DNA of 32,000 nucleotides from NCBI GenBank assembly GCA_045643205.1, contig JAZUKI010000003.1, positions 73,625 to 105,624 on the forward strand, in the 5' to 3' direction. Shown here piece after piece: positions 8,881 through 17,853 of this stretch. The notes beneath the pieces were generated by a model. That model was not told the DNA's origin, did not search any database, and saw only the letters and a list, made by a program, of their open reading frames with translations. The stretch comes from Clostridia bacterium. GTDB taxonomy: Bacteria > Bacillota > Clostridia > TANB77 > CAG-508. The first letter of the stretch is position 1, and every line of letters starts with the position of its first letter. The position numbers were made by a program, and so were the translations under genes.

Positions 8881-10797
8881 ATGGAAAAGTTCGATCATGA
8901 GTATAATGCAAATCAAATTCAAGTTTTAGAAGGATTAGAAGCAGTTAGAAAAAGACCAGGTATGTATATAGGATCTGTTTCAATAAGAGGATTACATCAC
9001 TTAGTTTATGAAATTGTAGATAACTGTGTTGATGAAGCATTAGCTGGATATTGTAATAGAATAGAAATTAAAATTGAACCTGGAAATATAATTTCAGTAC
9101 AAGATAATGGTAGAGGTATACCAGTTGATATACACCCTAAAACACATATTTCTGCAGCTGAAACAGTTTATACAGTTTTACATGCTGGTGGAAAATTTGG
9201 TGGAGACTCTGGATATAAAGTATCTGGTGGTTTACACGGTGTTGGTTCATCAGTTGTTAATGCTTTATCTGAATGGGCTGAAGTTACAATTAAAAGAGAT
9301 GGTGGAATTCATCAAATGAAATTCCAAAGAGGAAAAACAGTTGAATCATTAAAAAGAATTGGTGATTCAAAAGAAACAGGAACTTTAGTTAGATTCTTAG
9401 CAGATAGTGAAATTTTTGAAACACTTGAATATGATTATAATGTTTTAATGGAAAGAATGAGAGAAATGGCATTCTTAACAAAAGGACTTTATATTAGTAT
9501 AGAAGATTTAAGAGGAGAAACACCAGTTAAAAATGAATTTCAATACGAAGGTGGATTAAGATCATTCGTAGAATTCTTAAATCAAAAGAAAGAAACATTA
9601 CACAAAGATCCAATCTATATTGAAAAAACAATTCAAGAATATCCAATAGAAATTGCATTACAATATACAACATCATATTCTGAAAACACATTAACATTTG
9701 TTAATAACATAAATACAATAGAAGGTGGAACACATCTTGAAGGTTTCAGAAGAGCATTAACAAAAGTATTTAATCAATACGCAAGAGATAAAGGAATGCT
9801 TAAAGAAAAAGATGAAAATTTATCAGGTGAAGACTGTAGAGAAGGTTTAACTTGTGTAATTTCAGTAGATGTTAAAGAACCACAATTCGAAGGTCAAACA
9901 AAAACAAAATTAGGAAATTCAAATGTTGCAGGTATTGTTCAATCATTAGTATCAGATGAATTATCTGCATTCTTAGAAGAAAATCCATCAGTAGCAAAAA
10001 CTATTATTGGAAAATGTGTTAATGCAAAACTTGCTAGAGACGCAGCTAAGAAAGCTAGAGAAAATATTAGAAAGAAGAGTTCATTAGAAGTAACAACATT
10101 ACCTGGAAAATTAGCAGATTGCTCAAGTAAGAATGCTGATGAATGTGAAGTATACATTGTCGAGGGAGACTCTGCAGGTGGATCAGCAAAACAAGGTAGA
10201 AACAGAAAATATCAAGCAATCTTACCTCTATGGGGTAAAATGCTTAATGTTGAAAAAGCAAGAGCTGATAAAATTTATGATAACGATAAACTAAAACCAG
10301 TTATTCAAGCTATTGGTGCTGGTATTGGAGCAAACTTTGATGTATCAAAAATTAGATATGGAAAAGTTGTAATTATGGCTGATGCCGATGTTGATGGTGC
10401 ACATATTAGAACATTATTATTAACATTCTTCTTTAGATATATGAGACCATTAATTGAACAAGGACATGTTTTCTTAGCACAACCACCACTTTACAAAGTA
10501 TCTAAAAAAGGAATGAAAGATGTTTACTGTTATACAGATGAACAACTTGATAATACAATGATTGAAGTTGGAAGAGATAATGTTTCAATTCAACGTTACA
10601 AAGGTTTAGGAGAAATGAATCCTGAACAATTATGGGAAACAACAATGGATCCTGAAAGAAGAGTTTTTGTAAAAGTTACAATGGATGATGCTGAAAAAGC
10701 AAATGAAATTTTTTCAATATTAATGGGTGATGAAATTGAACCAAGAAGAAAATTCATTGAAGAAAATGCAAAATATGTACAAAACTTAGATATATAA
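8881..10797 (+). CDS. gyrB: DNA gyrase subunit B
   Basis: GHKL N-box YEIVDNCVDEA, Toprim EGDSAGGSAKQGR and DADVDGAHI. GGAGG SD. Confidence 0.97.
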   Translation: MEKFDHEYNANQIQVLEGLEAVRKRPGMYIGSVSIRGLHHLVYEIVDNCVDEALAGYCNRIEIKIEPGNIISVQDNGRGIPVDIHPKTHISAAETVYTVLHAGGKFGGDSGYKVSGGLHGVGSSVVNALSEWAEVTIKRDGGIHQMKFQRGKTVESLKRIGDSKETGTLVRFLADSEIFETLEYDYNVLMERMREMAFLTKGLYISIEDLRGETPVKNEFQYEGGLRSFVEFLNQKKETLHKDPIYIEKTIQEYPIEIALQYTTSYSENTLTFVNNINTIEGGTHLEGFRRALTKVFNQYARDKGMLKEKDENLSGEDCREGLTCVISVDVKEPQFEGQTKTKLGNSNVAGIVQSLVSDELSAFLEENPSVAKTIIGKCVNAKLARDAAKKARENIRKKSSLEVTTLPGKLADCSSKNADECEVYIVEGDSAGGSAKQGRNRKYQAILPLWGKMLNVEKARADKIYDNDKLKPVIQAIGAGIGANFDVSKIRYGKVVIMADADVDGAHIRTLLLTFFFRYMRPLIEQGHVFLAQPPLYKVSKKGMKDVYCYTDEQLDNTMIEVGRDNVSIQRYKGLGEMNPEQLWETTMDPERRVFVKVTMDDAEKANEIFSILMGDEIEPRRKFIEENAKYVQNLDI

Positions 10798-10835
10798 AAT
10801 TTTATTGTCGAAAAAATAAAAAAAAGAGAATACGT

Positions 10836-10870
10836 AAACTGCTTGAAAATATTGAATTTCAAGCAGTTTT
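10836..10870 (+). terminator. rho-independent terminator after gyrB
   Basis: CTGCTTGAAA (10839-10848), an 8-nt loop, TTTCAAGCAG (10857-10866), then TTTT. Confidence 0.7.
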
Positions 10871-10909
10871 ATTTTATGTTTTTTATAGAGAAAATAAGAA
10901 AGGAGATTA

Positions 10910-11440
10910 ATGTTTAATAAAAAAATAAATTCTATACAAAGTTGGTTTTATATAGATGATATTTTAGAAAACGGAACAATACTAACAAAAGAAAATTGTA
11001 AAATAAAAATTTTAAAAGTTGAACCAATAAATTTTTTTCTTAGATCAGAAATGGAAAAGGAGGTAGTATTAAATTCATATAAAAACATTTTTAAATCAAT
11101 AGATTATGATATTCAAATTATAATTCAAAGTACAAAAGAAGATATATCAACAAACATAAATTATATAAAATCTAAAAACAAAGAAATTCTTAATCAAACC
11201 TCTAAACAGCAACAGCTGTTAAATCAATACATTGAATACATAGATAGTTTAAATCAAATAAAAAAATCTAATAATAAAAATTTCTATATAATTTTAAAAG
11301 AAAATTCTGAACAAAATTCAATAAATGAAAAAATAAATAAAATTAAAGAATTATTAGAACGTTGCGGTAATAAAAGTTCTTTAATTGAATCAAAAGATGA
11401 GTTAATAAAAATGATAGAAACGTTTTATAAAATAAAGTAA
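10910..11440 (+). CDS. N-terminal module of a Gram-positive VirB4/TrsE-type T4SS ATPase, encoded as a separate 176-aa ORF
   Basis: AAAGGAG SD plus ATG. The segment ILKVEPINFFLRSEMEKEVVLNSYKNIFKSIDYDIQIIIQSTKEDIS ... NFYIILKE matches, from my memory of the family, the extreme N-terminal region normally fused to Firmicute VirB4-like ATPases. It ends at TAA 11438 in the same frame as the next ORF. Confidence 0.5.
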   Translation: MFNKKINSIQSWFYIDDILENGTILTKENCKIKILKVEPINFFLRSEMEKEVVLNSYKNIFKSIDYDIQIIIQSTKEDISTNINYIKSKNKEILNQTSKQQQLLNQYIEYIDSLNQIKKSNNKNFYIILKENSEQNSINEKINKIKELLERCGNKSSLIESKDELIKMIETFYKIK

Positions 11441-11461
11441 AGATAGAGAAAGGAGAAAATA

Positions 11462-13201
11462 ATAAATTTAGCTGAAGGAAAAATTAATACAATTGATTTA
11501 ATCAGTCCATCATATTTTAATTTTAAAAATCCTAAAATATATGAAATAGATGGAGTTTATTTTTCACGGTTACTAGTTGTTGATTATTTAAGAGAATATA
11601 ATGAATTAATTTTTAAACAATTAGTTGAAAACGATGAAAATATAAATATTTCTGTTTATTTCGAAAAACAAGATAAATCAAAAGTTGTTAAAGATTTAAC
11701 TTACAACATTTCAAATAACTCAATAGATTTTGAAAAGATAGGTGAGAGTAGGCAAGATAGTGATATTGCATCTTTTTCAATTAACGATGCTAAATATGTA
11801 AGAAAAGAAATTCAAATTAACAACGAAGAAATGTATTTTATATATACATATATTCTAACCTATGATTTAGATAAAAAAGTCTTAGAAAGAAAAATAAACA
11901 CAATAGAGAGTATTTTAAAATCGAGTGGTATGGTTTCTAAAAAAGGATACTTTAGACAAGAATCAATTTTCAAATCTAGCCTCCCATTTATGAATAATGA
12001 TAAAGATATAAAGAATGTAGCTAAAAGAAACATTTTAACTAGTTCTATAGGAGTTACATATCCTTTTACATTATCCACAATTAATGACAAAAAGGGGATT
12101 TTATATGGAACAAATCTCAATAATGACAGTTTAATTTTTATAGATAGATTTGATCAAAACAAATACAAAAATTCCAACATGTGTGTATTCGGAACTTCTG
12201 GTTCAGGAAAATCATACTTTAATAAAGTAATGATTTTAAGAAATTATTTATTAAATATAAATCAATATGTAATTGATCCAGATAGAGAATATGGAAATTT
12301 AGTTGAAGAACTGAATGGATCATTAATAAAAATTGGACCTAGTTCAAATACATATATAAACATTTTTGACATAAGAGAAGATAGTTTAGAAAATGATCAA
12401 TCTGGTTATTTACAAACTAAAATTTCAAAACTAATGGCCTTTTTTAAATTAATATTTAGTGAAATAAGCGAAGATGAAAAAGGTTATTTAGAATCAAGAA
12501 TTATAAAAACTTACGAAGAAAAAAATATAACTTTTGATGATAAATCTTTATATAGAAAAGATAATTTTAAAACTACAAATGATATGCCAATTTTTGAAGA
12601 TTTATATAATAATCTAGATTATAAATATCAGGTAAAATTACTTCCATTTGTAAAAGGTTCACTTAAATTTTTTAATAATTATACAAATATAAAATTGGAT
12701 AATAACCTAATAGTAGGCGATGTATATGAGTTAGGTGAAGAAAATTTAAAATATGGAATGTTTATTTTTACTGATTTGTTTTGGGACAAAATTAAAAGTA
12801 ATCGTAATGAAAATAAAATTATTTATATGGATGAAGTTTGGAAATTAATTGGCATAACATCAAATAAGGAAGTTGCTAGTTTTATATATAAGATTTTTAA
12901 AACTATAAGAAAATATGGTGGAAGTGCAGTAGCAATTACACAAGACATTTCAGATATGTTTAGTTTACAAGATGGAGCATTCGGAAAGAGTCTTCTAAAT
13001 AATTCAGAATTTAAAGCATTTTTTAATATGGAAGAAGAAAATATAAAAATACTAAGTGAAAACATTAATTTAAATGACAAGGAAAAAATAAAAATTAAAG
13101 CATTAAATAAAGGTGAATCATTATTATTTATTGGACCAAATCATGTAATTTCAAAAATTGATTCATCAGAATATGAAAAAAATATTATTAATAAAAACTA
13201 A
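11462..13201 (+). CDS. VirB4/TrsE-like T4SS ATPase (main body); start codon uncertain
   Basis: The frame is open from 11447. Walker A GTSGSGKS (12191-12214), Walker B IIYMDEVW, and AITQDISD. Upstream of the track ATG (11831) the same frame encodes 123 further family-like codons (IDLISPSYFNF..YEIDGVYFSRLLVVDYL..INISVYFEKQ) with no ATG, GTG or TTG. AGGAG at 11451-11455 lies 6 nt before ATA 11462. Confidence 0.75.
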   Translation: MNLAEGKINTIDLISPSYFNFKNPKIYEIDGVYFSRLLVVDYLREYNELIFKQLVENDENINISVYFEKQDKSKVVKDLTYNISNNSIDFEKIGESRQDSDIASFSINDAKYVRKEIQINNEEMYFIYTYILTYDLDKKVLERKINTIESILKSSGMVSKKGYFRQESIFKSSLPFMNNDKDIKNVAKRNILTSSIGVTYPFTLSTINDKKGILYGTNLNNDSLIFIDRFDQNKYKNSNMCVFGTSGSGKSYFNKVMILRNYLLNINQYVIDPDREYGNLVEELNGSLIKIGPSSNTYINIFDIREDSLENDQSGYLQTKISKLMAFFKLIFSEISEDEKGYLESRIIKTYEEKNITFDDKSLYRKDNFKTTNDMPIFEDLYNNLDYKYQVKLLPFVKGSLKFFNNYTNIKLDNNLIVGDVYELGEENLKYGMFIFTDLFWDKIKSNRNENKIIYMDEVWKLIGITSNKEVASFIYKIFKTIRKYGGSAVAITQDISDMFSLQDGAFGKSLLNNSEFKAFFNMEEENIKILSENINLNDKEKIKIKALNKGESLLFIGPNHVISKIDSSEYEKNIINKN

Positions 13202-13216
13202 CTTAAGGAGGACAAA

Positions 13217-14050
13217 ATGAGTATGGATATAGCAACAAATGATTATTTAAGTAGTGTAAATAATTCTAATAATATAATAAATTCAATTAATAATTTAACT
13301 AATAGTTTAACTAATGGTTTAAGTAGTAATTTAAATAATAGTCTAACCAACAGTTTAACGAACAATATAACTAATAGTACAGATTTAGCAAATAAACAAA
13401 ATAGTTTTCTTCAATCAAATTTATGGAAAGTTGTAAATACAGGTATTGATAGTGGAATAAGAGCATTACTTCCAGATTTTTTAGAAGATTCTGTAATAGG
13501 AATTAAAGATGCATTAGTAAATAATGGACTACAAGGTGGAATTCAAAAAGCAATTGATATAGCAAAAAACATGACAGCAACATCTGGAATAATGGAGAGT
13601 GCATATCAAAGTATTACACAAATATATAACTCTTTAAAAAACGGAAATTTAATAGGAGAACTTGGTGAAGCAATAAGTAATTCAATTAATAGTGCAAGTA
13701 AGAATAATGAAATAAATGCAGATGTTTCAACCACATTAACAAATGGTGCACAAACTATAATGGATAACATAGAAGCTAATATAAAAGAAGATTTTAACGA
13801 TCAACTTAATTCATTAGAAAAGTTAAATAAATATAATAATAATTGGAAAGAATATTTTGAACAAAAAGATTTTACCGGAATGGAAAAAGAATATAAAAAG
13901 ATGCAAACTGTTTTAAAGAAAATAATGCCAACAGAAAATACATTAAAACAGGCAAGAATCATAGAAAATTTGCACAATTTAATTAAAAATAACAATAAAA
14001 ATTTTAATATTTCAGAGGAAGAAATTCAGCTTGCACAAAAGTTAGCATAG
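13217..14050 (+). CDS. hypothetical Asn/Ser-rich, predicted helical protein with an N-terminal tetrapeptide repeat; no signal peptide or TM segment seen
   Basis: Strong AAGGAGG SD 5 nt before the ATG, 15 nt after the VirB4-like stop. No recognisable catalytic motif. Confidence 0.6.
   Translation: MSMDIATNDYLSSVNNSNNIINSINNLTNSLTNGLSSNLNNSLTNSLTNNITNSTDLANKQNSFLQSNLWKVVNTGIDSGIRALLPDFLEDSVIGIKDALVNNGLQGGIQKAIDIAKNMTATSGIMESAYQSITQIYNSLKNGNLIGELGEAISNSINSASKNNEINADVSTTLTNGAQTIMDNIEANIKEDFNDQLNSLEKLNKYNNNWKEYFEQKDFTGMEKEYKKMQTVLKKIMPTENTLKQARIIENLHNLIKNNNKNFNISEEEIQLAQKLA
13295..13378 (+). repeat. seven imperfect in-frame tandem 12-nt repeats (consensus TTAACTAATAGT, encoding LTNS)
   Basis: Read directly: TTAACTAATAGT TTAACTAATGGT TTAAGTAGTAAT TTAAATAATAGT CTAACCAACAGT TTAACGAACAAT ATAACTAATAGT. 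Confidence 0.8.
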
Positions 14051-14141
14051 ACTAAAAAATTATGTAAATTTAAGCATAAAATTTTGATGCAAAAAATGCC
14101 TGAAAATAGCGAAAAAACAAGTAAAAAAAGCATATTTTTTC

Positions 14142-14170
14142 TTGCATTTTAAAGTGCATTTTAGTATAAT
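14142..14170 (+). promoter_or_regulatory. sigma-A promoter of gyrA
   Basis: TTGCAT at 14142-14147, a 17-nt spacer, and TATAAT at 14165-14170. TGCATTTTA is directly repeated within the spacer. Confidence 0.6.
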
Positions 14171-14203
14171 AAATGCGTGTAAAATACAAGAAAAGAGGTA
14201 TTT

Positions 14204-16702
14204 ATGAGCGACGAGAAAAAAGAAGAAGTATGGTCTGATGGAAAGATCATTAACAGAGAAATTGTTAATGAAATGAAAACAGCATATATCGACTATGCAA
14301 TGAGTGTTATAGTACAACGTGCTTTACCAGATGTAAGAGATGGTTTAAAACCAGTTCATAGACGTATTCTATATACAATGTATGAAGATGGTTTAACAAC
14401 AGAGAAACCTTATAGAAAATCTGCTACTACAGTAGGTGACGTTTTAGGTAGATATCATCCACATGGTGATGCATCAGTTTATGATGCAATGGTTAGATTA
14501 GCACAAGATTTTACAATGAGATATCCATTAATTGATGGACACGGAAACTTTGGTTCTATCGATGGTGATGGAGCTGCTGCTTACCGTTACACTGAAGCTA
14601 GAATGTCTAAAATTGCAGAACAAATGCTTCAAGATATAGAGAAAAACACTGTTGATTTTATGCCTAACTTTGATGGTATAAGACAAGAACCAACAGTTTT
14701 ACCAAATAGATTCCCTGCATTATTAGTAAATGGATCTTCAGGAATTGCAGTAGGTATGGCTACTAATGTTCCACCACACAACTTAAAAGAAATTTTAAAT
14801 GCAGTTGTTAAGATGGTTGAATGTAGAGAAGAAGATACTGAAATAGCAGATGAAGATTTATTAAAAATAGTTAAAGGACCTGATTTCCCAACAGGAGCTA
14901 CAATTCTAGGAAAAGAAGGAATTAGAGAAGCATACTTAACAGGTAAGGGTAAAATTGTTCAAAGAGCAGAAGCTGAAATTGAAGAGATGGCAGGCAATAG
15001 ACAAAAAATAGTTATTACATCTTTACCATACCAAGTTAATAAAGCTAAGTTAATAGTTGATATTAATAATTTAGCTAAAGACAAGAAAGTTGAAGGAATC
15101 TCTGAAGTAAGAGATGAATCAGATAGAGAAGAAAAAGTTAGAGTTGTTGTAGAGCTAAAGAGAGATGCAAATGCACAAGTTGTTTTAAATAGACTTTACA
15201 AAAATACTCAAATGCAAAACTCATTTGGTGTTATCATACTTGCTTTAGTTGATAATGTTCCTAAGATTTTAACTTTAAAACAATGTTTAGATTATTACAT
15301 TGATCATAGAAGAGAAGTTATTAAGAGAAGAACAAAATTTGACTTAGACAAAGCTTTAGCTAGAGCTCATATTTTAGAAGGTTTAAGAATTGCTATTGAT
15401 AATATTGATGAAGTAATCAAAATTATTAGAGCATCATATGACGATCCAAAAGAAAGATTAATGGAAAGATTCGGACTTGATGATGTTCAAGCACAAGCAA
15501 TCTTAGATATGCAATTACGTAGATTATCTGGATTACAACGTGAGAAAATTGAAGAAGAATATAAACAATTAATGGAATTAATCGAACACTTAAGAGCAAT
15601 CTTAGCTGATGAAAAACTTGTTTATAATATAATCAAAGAAGAATCATTAGAAACAATTGAAAAATTCGGAGATGATAGATTAACTAAAATCGTAAGAGCA
15701 CAAGGCGAATTCGATGAAGAAGATTTAATCAAGGAAGAAGAAACAATAATTTCTTTAACACACTTTGGATATATTAAGAGAGTTCCTCTTGATACATATA
15801 GAAGCCAAAAACGTGGAGGAAAAGGAATTGCAGGATTAACAACTCGTGAAGAAGACTTTGTAAAACAAATTTTCAAAGCTTCAACACATGATACAATTTT
15901 ATTCTTTAGTAATAAAGGTAAAATGTACAGATTAAGAGGTTTTGATATTCCTGAAGGTGGAAGAACAGCTAAAGGAACTGCTATTGTTAATTTATTAGCA
16001 TTAGAACCAGGTGAAAAAATAACAGCAGTTATTCCATTGAAATCATTTGAAGATAGTGAATTTTTATTAATGGCAACACGTTCTGGTTTAATTAAGAAAA
16101 CACCATTAAAAGAATATGACTCTGGTAAGAAAACAGGATTAATTGCAATCAATTTAAAAGAAGAAAATGATGAATTAATTGATGTTAGATTAACAGATGG
16201 AAACAACGATGTAGTACTTGTTACAAGAAAAGGTATTTGTATAACATTCAGTGAAAAAGATGTTCGTCCAGTTGGAAGAACAGCACAAGGTGTTATTGGA
16301 ATTAGACTTGATTCAGACGACTATGTTATTGGTATGGAAAAGATTTACGATAGAAAGAATGGAACATTATTATCAATAACAGAAAACGGATTTGGAAAGA
16401 GAACAGAACTTGAAGAATACAGAGTACAAACTAGAGGTGGAAAGGGTGTAATTACATACAAGATTACTCCTAAAACTGGTGAAATAGTTGGAATTAGAAT
16501 TTGTGATGACAGATATGATGTAATGATGATTACAGATACTGGTACAGTAATTAGAATTCCAGCAAAAGATGTTTCTATCTTAGGAAGAAATACTCAAGGT
16601 GTAACATTAATGAGAACAAATGATGGAGGAAAGATTGTAAGTATTGAAACAATTTCTCCAGATGAAGAAGAAAATGTTGCTAATGATGAATCTGAAAATT
16701 AA
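14204..16702 (+). CDS. gyrA: DNA gyrase subunit A
   Basis: AYIDYAMSVIVQRALPDVRDGLKPVHRR, the catalytic Tyr context AAAYRYTEARM, the GyrA box QKRGGKG, and C-terminal beta-pinwheel repeats. Confidence 0.97.
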   Translation: MSDEKKEEVWSDGKIINREIVNEMKTAYIDYAMSVIVQRALPDVRDGLKPVHRRILYTMYEDGLTTEKPYRKSATTVGDVLGRYHPHGDASVYDAMVRLAQDFTMRYPLIDGHGNFGSIDGDGAAAYRYTEARMSKIAEQMLQDIEKNTVDFMPNFDGIRQEPTVLPNRFPALLVNGSSGIAVGMATNVPPHNLKEILNAVVKMVECREEDTEIADEDLLKIVKGPDFPTGATILGKEGIREAYLTGKGKIVQRAEAEIEEMAGNRQKIVITSLPYQVNKAKLIVDINNLAKDKKVEGISEVRDESDREEKVRVVVELKRDANAQVVLNRLYKNTQMQNSFGVIILALVDNVPKILTLKQCLDYYIDHRREVIKRRTKFDLDKALARAHILEGLRIAIDNIDEVIKIIRASYDDPKERLMERFGLDDVQAQAILDMQLRRLSGLQREKIEEEYKQLMELIEHLRAILADEKLVYNIIKEESLETIEKFGDDRLTKIVRAQGEFDEEDLIKEEETIISLTHFGYIKRVPLDTYRSQKRGGKGIAGLTTREEDFVKQIFKASTHDTILFFSNKGKMYRLRGFDIPEGGRTAKGTAIVNLLALEPGEKITAVIPLKSFEDSEFLLMATRSGLIKKTPLKEYDSGKKTGLIAINLKEENDELIDVRLTDGNNDVVLVTRKGICITFSEKDVRPVGRTAQGVIGIRLDSDDYVIGMEKIYDRKNGTLLSITENGFGKRTELEEYRVQTRGGKGVITYKITPKTGEIVGIRICDDRYDVMMITDTGTVIRIPAKDVSILGRNTQGVTLMRTNDGGKIVSIETISPDEEENVANDESEN

Positions 16703-16742
16703 TTAACAGAAGCAACTAACAAAAAATTAATAAATAAAAAAT

Positions 16743-16772
16743 AAGAGAAGATAAATCTTCTCTTATTTTTTT
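16743..16772. terminator. bidirectional terminator between convergent gyrA and the loader gene
   Basis: AAGAGAAGA (16743-16751), loop TAAA, TCTTCTCTT (16756-16764). Flanked by an A-run on the left and a T-run on the right. Confidence 0.7.
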
Positions 16773-16828
16773 ACTCTTTTTTATTTGTGAATATTTTTAG
16801 GTTTAATCCATTAAATATTACCTCTTTT

Positions 16829-17824
16829 TTATTTTTTTAATTTCTTTTGAATTCTTATATCATCACCATAGAACAAACAACAATCATAATTACTAATTAA
16901 TCTAGATGTTATTCTTTCTTCATATATAGCATTTAGATCATCTAATGAAAGGTTTGTTGAAATAATGGTTTTAGTTATCTTATTGTTTTGATTTAAAATT
17001 CTAGAATTAATAATATTAAAAATTTCAGTGTTCTTTAAAGAATTAACTGCTTCTGTTCCTAAATCATCTATAATTAATAAATCAGCATTAAGAATAGCAT
17101 CAAAAACATTTTTATTTGATTTGCCAAATTTATAGTCAAGAATTTGATCTAACATAAGTGGTGCTGTTTGATATAAAACAACCTTACCTTCTTTAATCAT
17201 TTCATTAGCAATGCATGAAGAAAGAAATGTTTTTCCTAATCCAGTACTACCACAAAATAAAAGATTATTTGTTTTTACATCATCAAAATTATCTATAAAG
17301 TTATGACAAGTTTTAACTATTTTTTCAATGTTTTTTCTAGGTGCAACCTTAGTTCCATATCTTTCTTTATCAGCTTCATTTGAATAATAATCCAGAATAA
17401 ATTTATCAAAATTCTGATTTTCTAAATCATAAATATTTGAATTATTATAAGCTATATTATATAAGTGTTGCTTAATACATGAGCATAATTCTTGTTTACC
17501 ATCTAAATTAATATATCCTGTATCACTACATTTTTTGCACTCATATTCAGGATCTAAATAATGAATGTCATAACCATTATCTTTAAGAATTTGGTTCTTT
17601 TTTGATGTGTTATCTTTTAAATTTTTTGATAATGTTTTATCTGTATTTCCAGAGTTAAGAGATTTAATAATAGAATCTAAAGCATAAATATTAGAATCCT
17701 CTTCTAGCTTAGCTAATTCAGGAATTTTTTTATATAACTCTTGCTTCTTTTTTAAAGCCTTTGCTTCAGCTAAATTTCTTTTTTGCTCATATTCTTTTAA
17801 AAGAGTTTTTAAGTTAGCATCCAT
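16829..17824 (-). CDS. DnaI/DnaC-type helicase-loader AAA+ ATPase (IstB-like)
   Basis: Walker A GSTGLGKTF, Walker B LLIIDDLGTE, and an N-terminal Cys cluster CKKCSDTGY..CSC. AGAGGTGA SD. Confidence 0.8.
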   Translation of the reverse strand: MDANLKTLLKEYEQKRNLAEAKALKKKQELYKKIPELAKLEEDSNIYALDSIIKSLNSGNTDKTLSKNLKDNTSKKNQILKDNGYDIHYLDPEYECKKCSDTGYINLDGKQELCSCIKQHLYNIAYNNSNIYDLENQNFDKFILDYYSNEADKERYGTKVAPRKNIEKIVKTCHNFIDNFDDVKTNNLLFCGSTGLGKTFLSSCIANEMIKEGKVVLYQTAPLMLDQILDYKFGKSNKNVFDAILNADLLIIDDLGTEAVNSLKNTEIFNIINSRILNQNNKITKTIISTNLSLDDLNAIYEERITSRLISNYDCCLFYGDDIRIQKKLKK

Positions 17825-17853
17825 ATTATCACCTCTTTGTATCAGTTTTGAAA

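Noticed and set aside
14060-14317. 85-aa minus-strand ORF across the gyrA promoter and start.
   Set aside because: It overlaps the gyrA promoter, SD and first codons. The translation is low-complexity and has no SD.
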